Shown here one piece after another: positions 1-12,409 of a stretch of 46,859 bases of DNA. How positions within the stretch are numbered: position 1 is the first letter of the stretch; the number at the start of each line of letters is the position of its first letter. This DNA comes from Betaproteobacteria bacterium RIFCSPLOWO2_02_FULL_68_150. Its GTDB lineage: Bacteria; Pseudomonadota; Gammaproteobacteria; Burkholderiales; SG8-39. Both the position numbers and the translations under genes were made by a program. The notes below the pieces were generated by a model, which ran no database searches, was not told where the DNA came from, and saw only the letters and a program-made list of their open reading frames with translations. Location of the stretch: the NCBI GenBank assembly GCA_001771975.1, contig MERE01000029.1, forward strand, positions 1-46,859. Reading direction: 5' to 3'.

Positions 1-319
1 CGCGCTTCCTCGGCGCGCTTCAAGGCCTCGTTTGCCTTCGCCTCGTCGAGGTCGTGGCCGCGAATCGCCGTGTCGGCGAGCACGGTGATCATCTTCGGCT
101 GCACCTCGAGAATGCCGCCGGCGACGAAGATCAACTCCTCGGCACCGCCGCCCGCGGGCTTGATCCTGACCTCGCCCGGACGGATGCGCGTGATGAGCGG
201 CGCGTGGCGCGGATAAATCCCGAGCTCGCCGACTTCGCCGGGCAGCACGACGAACTCGGCCTCGCCCGAGTAGATCTCCTGCTCGGCGCTGACGACGTCG
301 ATGTGGATGGTTTGAGCCA

Positions 320-320
<1 letters not shown>
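1..320 (-). CDS. atpC: F0F1 ATP synthase subunit epsilon, 3' end runs off the window
   Basis: Not in the ORF track because no stop lies in the window. My translation of the minus strand from ATG 320-318 reads [51 protein letters not shown]..., a typical epsilon N-terminus. The ATG shares 1 nt with the atpD stop (TAATG). It is the last gene of the atp operon. Confidence 0.85.
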
Positions 321-2669
<2,349 letters not shown>

Positions 2670-2678
2670 CGGATTCGC

Positions 2679-4226
2679 TCAGTAGGTGCCGCTCTTCTTC
2701 CAGTCCTCGATCGCGGCCTTGAGCTGCGCCTCGTCGTCCGCGCCCAGGTCTTTTTTCTCTTCCATGCGCGCCACCAGCGCGGCGTACTTGTCCTTGAGGT
2801 AGTCGCGCATCGACTTCTCCGCGGCGAGCGCCTTCTTGACGTCGATGTCGTCGAAGTAGCCGTTGTTCACGGCAAACAGCGTGAGCGCCATTTCCCACAC
2901 CTGCAGCGGGTGGTACTGAACCTGTTTCATGAGTTCGGTGACCATGCGGCCGCGCTCGAGCTGCTTGCGCGTGGCTTCGTCCAGGTCGGAGGCGAACTGC
3001 GCGAAGGCGGCCAGTTCCCGGTACTGCGCCAACGCAAGGCGCACGCCACCGCCCGTGTCGCGGCGTTTCATGATCCTGGTTTGCGCGTTGCCGCCGACTC
3101 GCGATACCGAGATGCCGGCATTGATCGCGGGCCGGATGCCCGCATTGAACAGGTCCGTCTCGAGGAAAATCTGCCCGTCGGTGATCGAGATCACGTTGGT
3201 CGGCACGAAGGCGGTCACGTCGCCCGCCTGAGTCTCGATCACCGGCAACGCCGTGAGCGAACCGGTCTTGCCCTTGACCTTGCCCCGCGTGAAACGCTCC
3301 ACGTACTCTTCGTTCACCCGCGCCGCGCGCTCGAGCAGCCTGGAGTGCAGATAGAACACGTCACCCGGGTAAGCCTCGCGCCCCGGCGGGCGCCGCAGCA
3401 GCAACGACACCTGGCGGTAGGCCCAGGCCTGCTTGGTAAGGTCGTCATAAATGATGAGCGCATCCTGGCCGCGATCGCGGAAATACTCGCCCATGCTGCA
3501 ACCGGAATACGGCGCGATGAACTGCATCGCCGCCGATTCGGAAGCCGAAGCCACCACCACGATGGTGTACGCCATGGCGCCATGCTCTTCGAGCTTGCGC
3601 ACCACGTTGGCGATGGTCGAGGCCTTCTGGCCGATCGCCACGTAGACGCAGAACAGGTCCTTGCCCTTCTGGTTGATGATGGTGTCCACCGCGACGGCGG
3701 TCTTGCCCGTCTGGCGATCGCCGATGATGAGCTCGCGCTGGCCGCGGCCGACCGGCACCATCGCGTCGATCGCCTTGAGGCCGGTCTGCACGGGCTGCGA
3801 CACCGACTTGCGCCAGATCACACCGGGTGCCACCTTTTCGATCACATCAGACTCTTTGGCATTGATCGGGCCTTTGCCGTCGATCGGCAAACCCAGCGAA
3901 TTGACCACGCGACCGAGCAGCTCCGGGCCGACCGGCACCGAAAGGATCTTGCCGGTGCACTTGACCGTGTCGCCCTCGGTGATGTGCTCGTACTCGCCCA
4001 GAATCACCGAACCCACCGAGTCGCGCTCGAGATTCAGCGCCAGGCCGAAGGTGTTCTTCGGAAATTCGAGCATCTCGCCCTGCATCGCGTCCGACAGCCC
4101 ATGGATGCGGCAGATGCCGTCGGTCACCGAGACCACCGTGCCCTGCGTGCGCATCTGCGCGCCGGCGTCGAGATTCTGGATCCGGTTCTTGATCAGTTCT
4201 GAAATTTCGGAGGGGTTGAGTTGCAT
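2679..4226 (-). CDS. atpA: F0F1 ATP synthase subunit alpha
   Basis: Walker A GDRQTGKT present. I prefer ATG 4226 (AAGGAG 5 nt upstream, overlapping the atpH stop) over the GTG at 4229 used by the ORF track. Confidence 0.97.
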   Translation of the reverse strand: MQLNPSEISELIKNRIQNLDAGAQMRTQGTVVSVTDGICRIHGLSDAMQGEMLEFPKNTFGLALNLERDSVGSVILGEYEHITEGDTVKCTGKILSVPVGPELLGRVVNSLGLPIDGKGPINAKESDVIEKVAPGVIWRKSVSQPVQTGLKAIDAMVPVGRGQRELIIGDRQTGKTAVAVDTIINQKGKDLFCVYVAIGQKASTIANVVRKLEEHGAMAYTIVVVASASESAAMQFIAPYSGCSMGEYFRDRGQDALIIYDDLTKQAWAYRQVSLLLRRPPGREAYPGDVFYLHSRLLERAARVNEEYVERFTRGKVKGKTGSLTALPVIETQAGDVTAFVPTNVISITDGQIFLETDLFNAGIRPAINAGISVSRVGGNAQTRIMKRRDTGGGVRLALAQYRELAAFAQFASDLDEATRKQLERGRMVTELMKQVQYHPLQVWEMALTLFAVNNGYFDDIDVKKALAAEKSMRDYLKDKYAALVARMEEKKDLGADDEAQLKAAIEDWKKSGTY

Positions 4227-4235
4227 CACTGCTCC

Positions 4236-4772
4236 TTAAGCTTTCAATGCGTTCTCGAGCGCGCCCAGCTGTGCGCGCACGGACCCGTCGATCACCTTGT
4301 CGCCGAGCACGACCTTGATCCCGCCGATCAGTTCCTTGTCGAGCCGCACCTGAGCCTTCACCTGGCGGCCGGTGGTGCTCTCGAGCCGCGCGATCAGGCC
4401 GGCAAGCTGCGCCTCATCGAGCTCGAACGCGCTGAACACTTCCGCCTCGATCACCCCCTCGCGCTCGTTGCGCAGCGCGTCGTACTGCGCGCGGATCTCG
4501 GGCAGCAACTCGAGCCGGCGGTTGTCCGCCAGCACGCGCACGAAATTCTCCGCTTCAGCGGAGAGCTTGCCGTCCAGGACCGAGATCACCAGCCCGGCGA
4601 TCCGCGGCGCCGACAGGGTCGGATCGCCGATCGCCGAGCGCACCCGCGCGTCCGCGGCCACCGCCGCCAGATTGGCGAGCGCAGCGGACCACTCGGCGAG
4701 CTTGCCCTGCGCGTCCGCCAGGCGGAACGCGGCCTCGGCATAGGGTCGGGCGATGGTGCTCGGTTCGGCCAT
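4236..4772 (-). CDS. atpH: F0F1 ATP synthase subunit delta (OSCP)
   Basis: 178-aa ORF in the conserved slot between atpF and atpA. N-terminus TIARPYAEAAF is typical of delta subunits. Confidence 0.9.
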   Translation of the reverse strand: MAEPSTIARPYAEAAFRLADAQGKLAEWSAALANLAAVAADARVRSAIGDPTLSAPRIAGLVISVLDGKLSAEAENFVRVLADNRRLELLPEIRAQYDALRNEREGVIEAEVFSAFELDEAQLAGLIARLESTTGRQVKAQVRLDKELIGGIKVVLGDKVIDGSVRAQLGALENALKA

Positions 4773-4775
4773 GAT

Positions 4776-5246
4776 CTACAGTTGGCGCTTGATGCCTTCG
4801 AGCAGTTCGGCGTGCGCCCTGGCGTCGACCTCGCGGCGCAGGATCTTCTCGGCTCCCGCCACGGCAAGCGTCGCCACCTGCTCGCGCAGTTGCTCGCGAG
4901 CCCGCGATACCTCCTGTTCGATCTCAGCCTTGGCAGCAGCCTTCTCGCGCAGGCCTTCATCTTTGGCTGCGACCTTGGCTTCCTCGACCATCTGCGCGGT
5001 GCGCTTTTCGGCCTGCGCCACGATTTCGGCCGCGCGCTCGCGCGCGCTCCTCACCGCATCGCTGGCCTGGCGTGTGGAGGTCTCGAGCGATCTCCGGCCC
5101 TCGTCCGCGGCGGCCAGCCCGTCCGCGATGGACTTCTGGCGCGCCTCGATTGCGCGGAGCAGCGGCGGCCAGACGAACCTGACCGTGAACCAGATGAACA
5201 GCGCAAACGCGACGGCTTGCGCGATCAGCGTGAGGTTGAAGCTCAT
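4776..5246 (-). CDS. atpF: F0F1 ATP synthase subunit b
   Basis: 156 aa. One N-terminal TM helix ([23 protein letters not shown]) followed by a long A/E/R/K-rich helix. Operon position fits. Confidence 0.9.
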   Translation of the reverse strand: MSFNLTLIAQAVAFALFIWFTVRFVWPPLLRAIEARQKSIADGLAAADEGRRSLETSTRQASDAVRSARERAAEIVAQAEKRTAQMVEEAKVAAKDEGLREKAAAKAEIEQEVSRAREQLREQVATLAVAGAEKILRREVDARAHAELLEGIKRQL

Positions 5247-5269
5247 TGCAGCCCCCTACGGGGTATCGG

Positions 5270-5578
<309 letters not shown>

Positions 5579-6406
5579 TTAGTGATGTTCGTGCGCCATC
5601 GCGATGTACACGACGGTCAGCATCATGAAGATGTAGGCCTGCAGGACGACGATCAGGATGTGGAAGATGGCCCAGCCCAGGCCGAGAACGGCGGCCAGCA
5701 CGGTGCCGAAAATACCCGTCGCCGCCAACAGCCAGAGCAGCAGGAAGATGATCTCGCCGGCGTACATGTTGCCGAACAACCGCAGCGAATGTGACAGCGG
5801 TTTCGACACATACTCGATGAAATTGAACAGCAGATTGAAGAACACCAGCAGCGGCGACGCCCAGAGCGGCTTGACCCCGAACGGCGCACACAACAATTCG
5901 TGGATCCAGCCGCCCAGGCCTTTGGCCGCGATCGAGAACCAGATCATGAGCAACCATACCGAAAGCGCGAGGGCAAACGTCGTATTCACGTCTGCAGTGG
6001 GCACCAGCCGGAACTCGTGCGCATGAAACACGTTCTCGAGCATCCACGCCATGATGTCGACCGGCAGGAAATCCATTGCATTCATCAGCAGTACCCACAC
6101 GAATACCGTGAGCGCTGCGGGCGCCACGAAGCGGTTGCGGTCGCCCTGGTGGAATATGCCCCTCACCTGCTCGTCGACGAACTCGAAGGCAAGTTCGACG
6201 AATGCCTGGCGTCGATCGGGCACTCCCGAGGTCGCGCCCCGCACGATCCACCAAACGATGCCCAATGCAAGCACACCGAGGATAGCCGCCGTGATGACGG
6301 AATCGATATTCAACGCCCAGAAACCGCCTTCACCGACCGGCTTGGTGAGGAAAGTCAGGTGGTGCTGGATGTAATCTGTCGCGTTGAAGTCTTTGCCGGA
6401 AGCCAT
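5579..6406 (-). CDS. atpB: F0F1 ATP synthase subunit a
   Basis: 275-aa polytopic protein carrying [11 protein letters not shown] with the essential Arg. Confidence 0.95.
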   Translation of the reverse strand: MASGKDFNATDYIQHHLTFLTKPVGEGGFWALNIDSVITAAILGVLALGIVWWIVRGATSGVPDRRQAFVELAFEFVDEQVRGIFHQGDRNRFVAPAALTVFVWVLLMNAMDFLPVDIMAWMLENVFHAHEFRLVPTADVNTTFALALSVWLLMIWFSIAAKGLGGWIHELLCAPFGVKPLWASPLLVFFNLLFNFIEYVSKPLSHSLRLFGNMYAGEIIFLLLWLLAATGIFGTVLAAVLGLGWAIFHILIVVLQAYIFMMLTVVYIAMAHEHH

Positions 6407-6409
6407 TGC

Positions 6410-6790
6410 CTAGTCGTAGTCGCGCACAAAAAACGCCATGCCGAATAGCAGGACCGTCGCAATGAACGATCCGAAAAACGCGGGCGCGACGACTCGGTCG
6501 TACGCCGCCAGCACCAGCCACAGCAGGAGCACCATCAGGCCGATCTTGACGCCTTCGGCCATCAGCGCGCCGATCAGGACCTCCCCTGCGGACTGCGCCT
6601 TGCCCTTCGCTGCCACCACCGCAGAAACCCCACCGGCGCAAAAGCTGACCGCGCCACCCAGCGCCGCGGACAGCGCGCCGTCGACGCCCGCCAGTATCCC
6701 TCCGGCGAGTGTCAGAGCCGCAGTGGCCATCAATTGCCACCGCAGGACGGTGCGAATCGGCTTGGACAGGGAGCGAAGACCGGCATTCAT
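6410..6790 (-). CDS. atpI: ATP synthase protein I
   Basis: 126-aa small hydrophobic protein. It is the first gene of the atp cluster, 3 nt before atpB. Confidence 0.75.
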   Translation of the reverse strand: MNAGLRSLSKPIRTVLRWQLMATAALTLAGGILAGVDGALSAALGGAVSFCAGGVSAVVAAKGKAQSAGEVLIGALMAEGVKIGLMVLLLWLVLAAYDRVVAPAFFGSFIATVLLFGMAFFVRDYD

Positions 6791-6817
6791 ATTCTCTGCA
6801 CCCTGGAAAGCCGCGCG

Positions 6818-6847
6818 ATTTTAACGGCTTGCGCCGAGCGCGGTCAA
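6818..6847 (-). promoter_or_regulatory. Candidate sigma70 promoter of the atp operon
   Basis: The minus strand reads TTGACC (6847-6842), an 18-nt spacer, then TAAAAT (6823-6818). It lies 28 nt upstream of the atpI ATG, in the 91-nt parB-atpI spacer. Confidence 0.5.
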
Positions 6848-6881
6848 CGCAGTGCGCTGCAACATCGGCGCTGTTTTTGCC

Positions 6882-7721
6882 TTAGCGCAGTTTCGTCAGC
6901 AACTCGTCGAGGTGCTCGGGGCTCGAGTAGTGCACGGCCAGCTTGCCGCGGCCCTTGGCGCCATGATGGATTTCCACCGTGGTACCGAGACGGTCAGAGA
7001 GTTCCTCTTCGAGCCGGGCGATATCGCGGTCGCGCTGACGCCGTCCCCTCACGGGTGTGCCCCGAGCGAGCCGCTTGACCAGCGCCTCGGTTTCGCGCGC
7101 CGACAGCCCGCGCGCAGCGACGCGTTGCGCAGCTTCGATCTGGCGCGCGCCCTCCAGCGCGAGCAGCGCCCGAGCGTGCCCCATGTCCAGGACGCGGTTC
7201 ATCAGCATGTCCTGCACCGGTTTGGCGAGCCGCAGCAGGCGCAGCAGGTTGCTGGTAGCGCTGCGGGAGCGCCCGATCGCGTCGGCCACCTGCTCGTGCG
7301 TCATTTTGAATTCGTCGACCAGCCGCTGCAGGCCGCCCGCCTCCTCGATCGGATTCAAGTCCTCACGCTGGATGTTTTCGATCAGCGCCATGGCGAGCGC
7401 GGCCTCGTCGGGCACCTCGCGCACGAGCGCCGGAATTTCCATCAAGCCGGCCATCTGCGCCGCGCGCCAGCGGCGCTCGCCTGCGATCAATTCGTAGGCG
7501 TCCGCCTGGATCGGGCGGACCAGCACCGGTTGCATCAGCCCCTGCGCGCGGATCGATGCGGCCAGCTCCGCGAGCGCGGTCTCGTCCATGCGGCTGCGCG
7601 GCTGATACCGCCCCGGGCGAATCGCGTTGACCGGCAGCGTTGCGAGCGTGTCCTTGGGCGCAACTTCGTCTCCGCCCAGCAGAGCGTCGAGTCCGCGGCC
7701 CAGCCCTCTTGGCTTGCTCAT
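6882..7721 (-). CDS. parB: Chromosome partitioning protein ParB
   Basis: 279 aa with the GERRWRAA box (LIAGERRWRAAQMAG) and an HTH region. ATGA start/stop overlap with parA. Confidence 0.95.
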   Translation of the reverse strand: MSKPRGLGRGLDALLGGDEVAPKDTLATLPVNAIRPGRYQPRSRMDETALAELAASIRAQGLMQPVLVRPIQADAYELIAGERRWRAAQMAGLMEIPALVREVPDEAALAMALIENIQREDLNPIEEAGGLQRLVDEFKMTHEQVADAIGRSRSATSNLLRLLRLAKPVQDMLMNRVLDMGHARALLALEGARQIEAAQRVAARGLSARETEALVKRLARGTPVRGRRQRDRDIARLEEELSDRLGTTVEIHHGAKGRGKLAVHYSSPEHLDELLTKLR

Positions 7722-8488
7722 GCGTGACCTCCCTGCGCCAGCAGTTCGTCGGCGAGCGCCAGATACGCCTGCGCACCCTTGGCAGCACGGTCCCAGATCA
7801 CCGCCGGGACTCCGTGGCTAGGGGCCTCGGCCAAACGCACGTTGCGTGGCACGAGCGTGCGAAACACCTTGGCGCCGAAATGTGCCTCCAACTGTTGCGA
7901 CACTTGCTGCGACAACGTGTTGCGCGGGTCGTACATAGTGCGCAGCAGACCCGCGATCTCCAGTTCCGGATTCAGGTGCGCTCGAACCCGTTTGACGGTG
8001 CCCACCAGATCGGTCAACCCCTCGAGCGCGTAGTACTCGCACTGCATCGGGATCAACACCGCCTGTGCCGCCACCAAACCATTGATCGTCAGCAACGATA
8101 GTGACGGCGGACAATCGATCAGCACCTCGTCGTAGCGCTGCGCCAGCGGCGTGAGCGCGGCGCGCAGCCGACCCTCCCGGTTGGGTAGACCGACCAACTC
8201 GACCTCCGCCCCGGCCAACTCTCGATTGGCGGGCACGAGGTCGAAGCCGCCGCTTTCTGAGCGCAGGCAAGCGTGCACAATGTCGCCAAGCCCCAGCAGC
8301 ACGTGGTATACGGTCCGCGCGAGCGTGCGCTTGTCGATGCCACTGCCCGTTGTGGCGTTGCCTTGGGGATCAAGGTCCACCAGCAGGACCTTGCGGGCGG
8401 TCTGCGCCAGCGCTGCGGCCAGATTGACGCTGGTCGTGGTCTTGCCGACGCCACCCTTCTGATTGGCCACCGCGAGAATCCGCGCCAT
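7718..8488 (-). CDS. parA: Chromosome partitioning ATPase ParA/Soj
   Basis: Deviant Walker A KGGVGKTT directly after MARILAVANQ. I place the start at ATG 8488, 2 nt after the rsmG stop, rather than the GTG at 8509 used by the ORF track. Confidence 0.94.
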   Translation of the reverse strand: MARILAVANQKGGVGKTTTSVNLAAALAQTARKVLLVDLDPQGNATTGSGIDKRTLARTVYHVLLGLGDIVHACLRSESGGFDLVPANRELAGAEVELVGLPNREGRLRAALTPLAQRYDEVLIDCPPSLSLLTINGLVAAQAVLIPMQCEYYALEGLTDLVGTVKRVRAHLNPELEIAGLLRTMYDPRNTLSQQVSQQLEAHFGAKVFRTLVPRNVRLAEAPSHGVPAVIWDRAAKGAQAYLALADELLAQGGHA

Positions 8489-8490
8489 CG

Positions 8491-9117
8491 TCAAGCGCTC
8501 AGCCTGCACAGGACAAGGTGGCGCTCGGCGTCGAGCAGCGGGACACGGAGTCTGCGCACGTCAGCGCAGTTGCAGCCGGGTGGGAGGCGCGTCAGTTCAT
8601 CACGCGGATAAACGCCTTTCATCGCCGCGAGGACGCCGCCGCGGGTAAGCAAGTGCCGGCAGGCGCTGATGAAATCGGCGAGCGCGGCAAAGCCCCGGCA
8701 AATCACGACTTTGAATGCCGGATCGGGCCGCCACTCTTCTACACGCCCGGCATGCACGCGCACATTGGCCAGCTTCAGTTCAATCGCGGCCTGGCGCAGG
8801 AATGCGCTTTTCTTTTCGCTGGCGTCGTTCAAGGTCACGGCGCGATGCGGCTCCGCAATCGCGATCGGAATCCCAGGCAGACCCGCGCCGGCACCCACGT
8901 CGGCCAGGGGGCCGGGCGGCAACTCGGCGACGGCGGCAAGCGAATCGAGCAGATGGTGACTAACCATCATTACCGGATCCCGTATTGCGGTCAGGTTGTA
9001 GGTACGATTCCATTTTTGCAGCAACGCGAGATAAGTAAGCAGTTGCTCGCGTGCCTGCGCGGGCATCCCGAGCGCAAGTTCATGCAGCCCACGCTCCAGC
9101 GCTGCTTCGACCTTCAT
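8491..9117 (-). CDS. rsmG: 16S rRNA (guanine527-N7)-methyltransferase
   Basis: 208 aa with SAM-binding [12 protein letters not shown] and the conserved [13 protein letters not shown] segment. ATGA overlap with the mnmG stop. Confidence 0.93.
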   Translation of the reverse strand: MKVEAALERGLHELALGMPAQAREQLLTYLALLQKWNRTYNLTAIRDPVMMVSHHLLDSLAAVAELPPGPLADVGAGAGLPGIPIAIAEPHRAVTLNDASEKKSAFLRQAAIELKLANVRVHAGRVEEWRPDPAFKVVICRGFAALADFISACRHLLTRGGVLAAMKGVYPRDELTRLPPGCNCADVRRLRVPLLDAERHLVLCRLSA

Positions 9118-11006
9118 GCGCGCTTCTTCTTGGGGCGAAGATCCCTTTTCAGGTGCACCAGAAGAAGCGCGACGGCCGCGGGCGTGACGCCGGAAATGCG
9201 GCCTGCCTGACCGATGGTTTCGGGCCGGTGCCGTTCGAGCTTCTGGCGCGCCTCCACCGACAGCCCGTGCACCTCCCCATAATTCAAACCAGCTGGAAGC
9301 GGGAGCGACTCCTGAGCCTCGCGCCGAGCCACTTCGTCGCGCTGGCGCTCGATATAGCCTTCATACTTGGCTTGAACTTCGACTTGCTCAGCGACCTTAT
9401 CGTCAACCGGGGGCTCAAAATCTTTGACCAAAACAGAGAGTGAGCGATAACTTACATCAGGTCGGCGCAGTAAGTCCGAAAGTGTGTGCTCACGTTCCAA
9501 TGCTTTGCCAAGTGCCTGCTCAGCTTGCTGCACGGTCACATTTCTAGGGCTAACCCAAACCGTCCTCAGCCGCTCCTGCTCCTTCGCGATGGCATCCCTC
9601 TTTCGACAATAGGCGTCCCACCGAGCATCGTCGATGAGCCCTAGATGCCGGCCGATCTCGGTCAATCGCAGATCGGCATTGTCTTCCCGCAGCATCAGCC
9701 GGTATTCAGCACGACTGGTAAACATTCGATACGGCTCCGAAACACCGCGGGTGACCAAGTCATCGACCAAGACCCCGATGTAGGCTTCATCACGACGCGG
9801 ACACCAGGGATCTCGGCCCTGGGCCCGAAGCGCGGCATTCGCCCCGGCCAGAAGCCCTTGTGCCGCGGCCTCCTCATATCCAGTCGTGCCGTTGATCTGA
9901 CCGGCAAAATAAAGCCCATCGATGGCTTTGGATTCCAAGGTCGATCGCAGGCTCCGGGGATCGAAGTAGTCGTATTCGATCGCGTACCCGGGGCGAAGGA
10001 TATGAGCCCGCTCCAGTCCTCTGATCGAGCGCACTAAAGCGAGCTGCACCTCGAATGGCAAGCTGGTCGAAATCCCATTCGGGTAGATCTCGTCTGTGGT
10101 CAGTCCTTCGGGCTCAAGAAAAATCTGGTGACTGGACTTGGCCGAAAACCGGTGAATCTTGTCCTCGATCGATGGACAGTAGCGAGGTCCGACACTCTTG
10201 ATGATTCCTGTGAACATCGGTGAGCTGCCGAGCCCCGCCTTGACGATCTCATGCGTTGCTGGATTGGTGTGCGCAATCCAGCACGGCAACTGGCGTGGAT
10301 GCATTTCCCTGCGACCCAGGAAAGAGAACACCGGTTCGGGCACGTCTCCGGGCTGCAGGTCCATCTCCGAGAAATCGATCGTCTTGCCGTCGAGCCTCGG
10401 CGGCGTCCCGGTCTTGAGCCGCCCTGCCGGAAGCTGGAGCTCTCGCAGCCTAGCCGCGAGCGCGATTGAGGCCGGCTCACCCGCGCGACCCGCTTCGTAA
10501 CTCTCGAGGCCTATATGGATGCGGCCGGCTAGAAATGTCCCCGCAGTGAGGACGACGGTCGCGCCTTGGAATTGAACGCCGAGTTGCGTCACGACCCCTG
10601 CGACACGATCACCTTGGAGAAGAATATCGTCGACGGGCTGCTGAAAGATGAGGAGATTCGGTTGCCGTTCGAGCCGCCGCCGGATCGATTGCCTGTACAA
10701 CACCCGATCCGCTTGGGCCCGGGTCGCTCGCACCGCGGGCCCCTTGGACGAATTGAGCGTGCGAAACTGAATTCCGGCTTCATCGGTGGCGATCGCCATG
10801 GCGCCCCCGAGCGCGTCGATTTCCTTGACCAGATGCCCTTTGCCAATCCCGCCGATGGACGGATTGCACGACATTTGGCCCAGGGTTTCGATGCTGTGGG
10901 TGATCAGCAGGGTCCGGCAGCCTGTACGCGCGGAAGCCAACGCGGCCTCGGTGCCAGCGTGGCCGCCACCCACCACAATGACGTCAAATCCAGACGGAAA
11001 CTGCAT
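9114..11006 (-). CDS. mnmG: tRNA uridine-5-carboxymethylaminomethyl modification enzyme MnmG (GidA)
   Basis: 630 aa. N-terminal FAD fold [15 protein letters not shown] and full-length GidA-like sequence. Codon usage is visibly AT-richer than the neighbours (see findings). Confidence 0.97.
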   Translation of the reverse strand: MQFPSGFDVIVVGGGHAGTEAALASARTGCRTLLITHSIETLGQMSCNPSIGGIGKGHLVKEIDALGGAMAIATDEAGIQFRTLNSSKGPAVRATRAQADRVLYRQSIRRRLERQPNLLIFQQPVDDILLQGDRVAGVVTQLGVQFQGATVVLTAGTFLAGRIHIGLESYEAGRAGEPASIALAARLRELQLPAGRLKTGTPPRLDGKTIDFSEMDLQPGDVPEPVFSFLGRREMHPRQLPCWIAHTNPATHEIVKAGLGSSPMFTGIIKSVGPRYCPSIEDKIHRFSAKSSHQIFLEPEGLTTDEIYPNGISTSLPFEVQLALVRSIRGLERAHILRPGYAIEYDYFDPRSLRSTLESKAIDGLYFAGQINGTTGYEEAAAQGLLAGANAALRAQGRDPWCPRRDEAYIGVLVDDLVTRGVSEPYRMFTSRAEYRLMLREDNADLRLTEIGRHLGLIDDARWDAYCRKRDAIAKEQERLRTVWVSPRNVTVQQAEQALGKALEREHTLSDLLRRPDVSYRSLSVLVKDFEPPVDDKVAEQVEVQAKYEGYIERQRDEVARREAQESLPLPAGLNYGEVHGLSVEARQKLERHRPETIGQAGRISGVTPAAVALLLVHLKRDLRPKKKRA

Positions 11007-11041
11007 CGCTCGAACCCCAGGGGAGCGCCATGATACGCGAA

Positions 11042-11057
11042 CGATTCACGTGAAACC
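11042..11057. promoter_or_regulatory. parS-like ParB binding site (13/16 match)
   Basis: CGATTCACGTGAAACC compared with the consensus palindrome TGTTNCACGTGAAACA. The CACGTGAAAC core is intact. Confidence 0.6.
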
Positions 11058-11078
11058 AAGCTACGTGAGACTTGGGTT

Positions 11079-11094
11079 TGTTTCACGTGGAACG
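11079..11094. promoter_or_regulatory. parS-like ParB binding site (15/16 match)
   Basis: The minus strand reads CGTTCCACGTGAAACA compared with TGTTNCACGTGAAACA. It lies 37 bp centre-to-centre from the first site and about 3.3 kb from parAB. Confidence 0.75.
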
Positions 11095-11169
11095 AGGAAC
11101 AGCGGCCTTGGTTGCTGCACCGCAACATCACAAATCTGCGTGTGACAATCGCTCCCCGTTGAGCGCCTC

Positions 11170-12354
11170 ATGATTTCCCTTGCCCGCTATGCCGCCGTGT
11201 TCGCGCACCCCGAGTTGCGCGCCGCCGTTGCCGCCTCGGTTCTCGGGCGGCTGCCGATCGGAATCACCGGCCTATCCATTCTCTTGCTGGTACAGCGGGC
11301 GACGGGATCCTTCGCAGAAAGCGGGGCAATGACCGCTGCCTACATCGGCGGACTGGCGAGCATCGCCCCGTTGCTTGGGCGCCTGATCGATCGTTCGGGT
11401 CCACGGCGCGTGCTGAGCGCCTGCGCTTTGGTTTTTCCGATGGCGCTGGGCGCGCTCATCTTCGCGATGCGCATCGCGCCAAGCGGGATGCTCAATCTGG
11501 CGTTGGCCTTCGCTGCTGGAGCGAGCTTTCCGCCGATCACGGTATGCATGCGCACGTTCTTTCGGCAGCGCTTGCGCGACGAGTCGCTGCTCGGCGCCGC
11601 GTATTCGCTTGAATCGGTGCTCATCGAAATGATCTTCATCGTGGGGCCAATGCTGGTGGCCTTGCTGGTGGCGCTCGCCTCGCCCGAGGCGGCGGTCCTG
11701 TTGGCCGCGTCCTGTGCGGGACTGGGTACGGTCCTATTCCTGCGCTCGCCGGCGCTGGTGCATTGGCGCCTGGACGCCGTTACGGACAAAACCAGCTTTC
11801 TCGGACCGCTGGCAGAGCGCGATTTCACTGCCTTGCTCGCGGTCGTACTCGGTTATTCCATCGCGTTTGGTCTGGTGGAAATCGGCGTCACCGCCTACGC
11901 ATCGCTCGCCGGGCGTCCTGCGTTTGCCGGAATACTGCTCGCGCTCATGAGCGCCGGCAGCGTGATGGGCGGTCTCGCGTATGGGAGTCGCACTTGGGGT
12001 CCGCCGCTCGCGCGGCAGTTCGCGATCGCGCTTGGCTTGATGGGCATCGGCATCGCCTTGCTCGCGCCTACGACCAACGCCTGGCTGTTCGCCTTCCTGA
12101 GCGCAGTCGCCGGCATCGTGATGGCACCCGCGCTCACGATCCAGTCGATGCTGGTCACGAAGACCGCGCCTCCGCACCACGCCACGGAGGCGTTTACCTG
12201 GTCATCCACCGGCCTGCTTTCGGGGGTTGGACTGGGCATGGCTGTGGGCGGCTGGCTGATCGAGCAGTGGGGTTGGCGCGCCACATTTGCCGCGGGCTCG
12301 GTCGCCGCGCTCAGTTCCGCGGCGCTGGCGATGAATCTTCGCGTACGCCATTGA
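11170..12354 (+). CDS. MFS transporter
   Basis: 394-aa polytopic protein with about 12 hydrophobic segments and an MFS-like loop GRLIDRSGPRR after TM2. Substrate not inferable. Confidence 0.85.
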   Translation: MISLARYAAVFAHPELRAAVAASVLGRLPIGITGLSILLLVQRATGSFAESGAMTAAYIGGLASIAPLLGRLIDRSGPRRVLSACALVFPMALGALIFAMRIAPSGMLNLALAFAAGASFPPITVCMRTFFRQRLRDESLLGAAYSLESVLIEMIFIVGPMLVALLVALASPEAAVLLAASCAGLGTVLFLRSPALVHWRLDAVTDKTSFLGPLAERDFTALLAVVLGYSIAFGLVEIGVTAYASLAGRPAFAGILLALMSAGSVMGGLAYGSRTWGPPLARQFAIALGLMGIGIALLAPTTNAWLFAFLSAVAGIVMAPALTIQSMLVTKTAPPHHATEAFTWSSTGLLSGVGLGMAVGGWLIEQWGWRATFAAGSVAALSSAALAMNLRVRH

Positions 12355-12369
12355 ACGCGCATTCGCACG

Positions 12370-12402
12370 GCGCGCGGAACCGCTTCAATGCGCGCCGCGC
12401 GC
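12370..12402. terminator. GC-rich hairpin between convergent genes, no U-tract
   Basis: GCGCGCGG (12370-12377) pairs with CCGCGCGC (12395-12402) around a 17-nt loop. It sits in the 55-nt spacer between the MFS stop and the aminotransferase stop. Confidence 0.3.
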
Positions 12403-12409
12403 GGCGTGC

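Noticed and set aside
7847-7862. Sigma54-like TGGCAC-N-TGC element (TGGCACGAGCGTGCGA)
   Set aside because: The GG-to-GC spacing is one base short of the -24/-12 register, and the site lies inside the parA coding sequence on the wrong strand.
11141-11149. TGTGACAAT as a DnaA box, hinting at a gidA-adjacent oriC as in E. coli
   Set aside because: It matches only 5/9 of TGTGGATAA. The mnmG-MFS spacer has no other box and no AT-rich unwinding tract.
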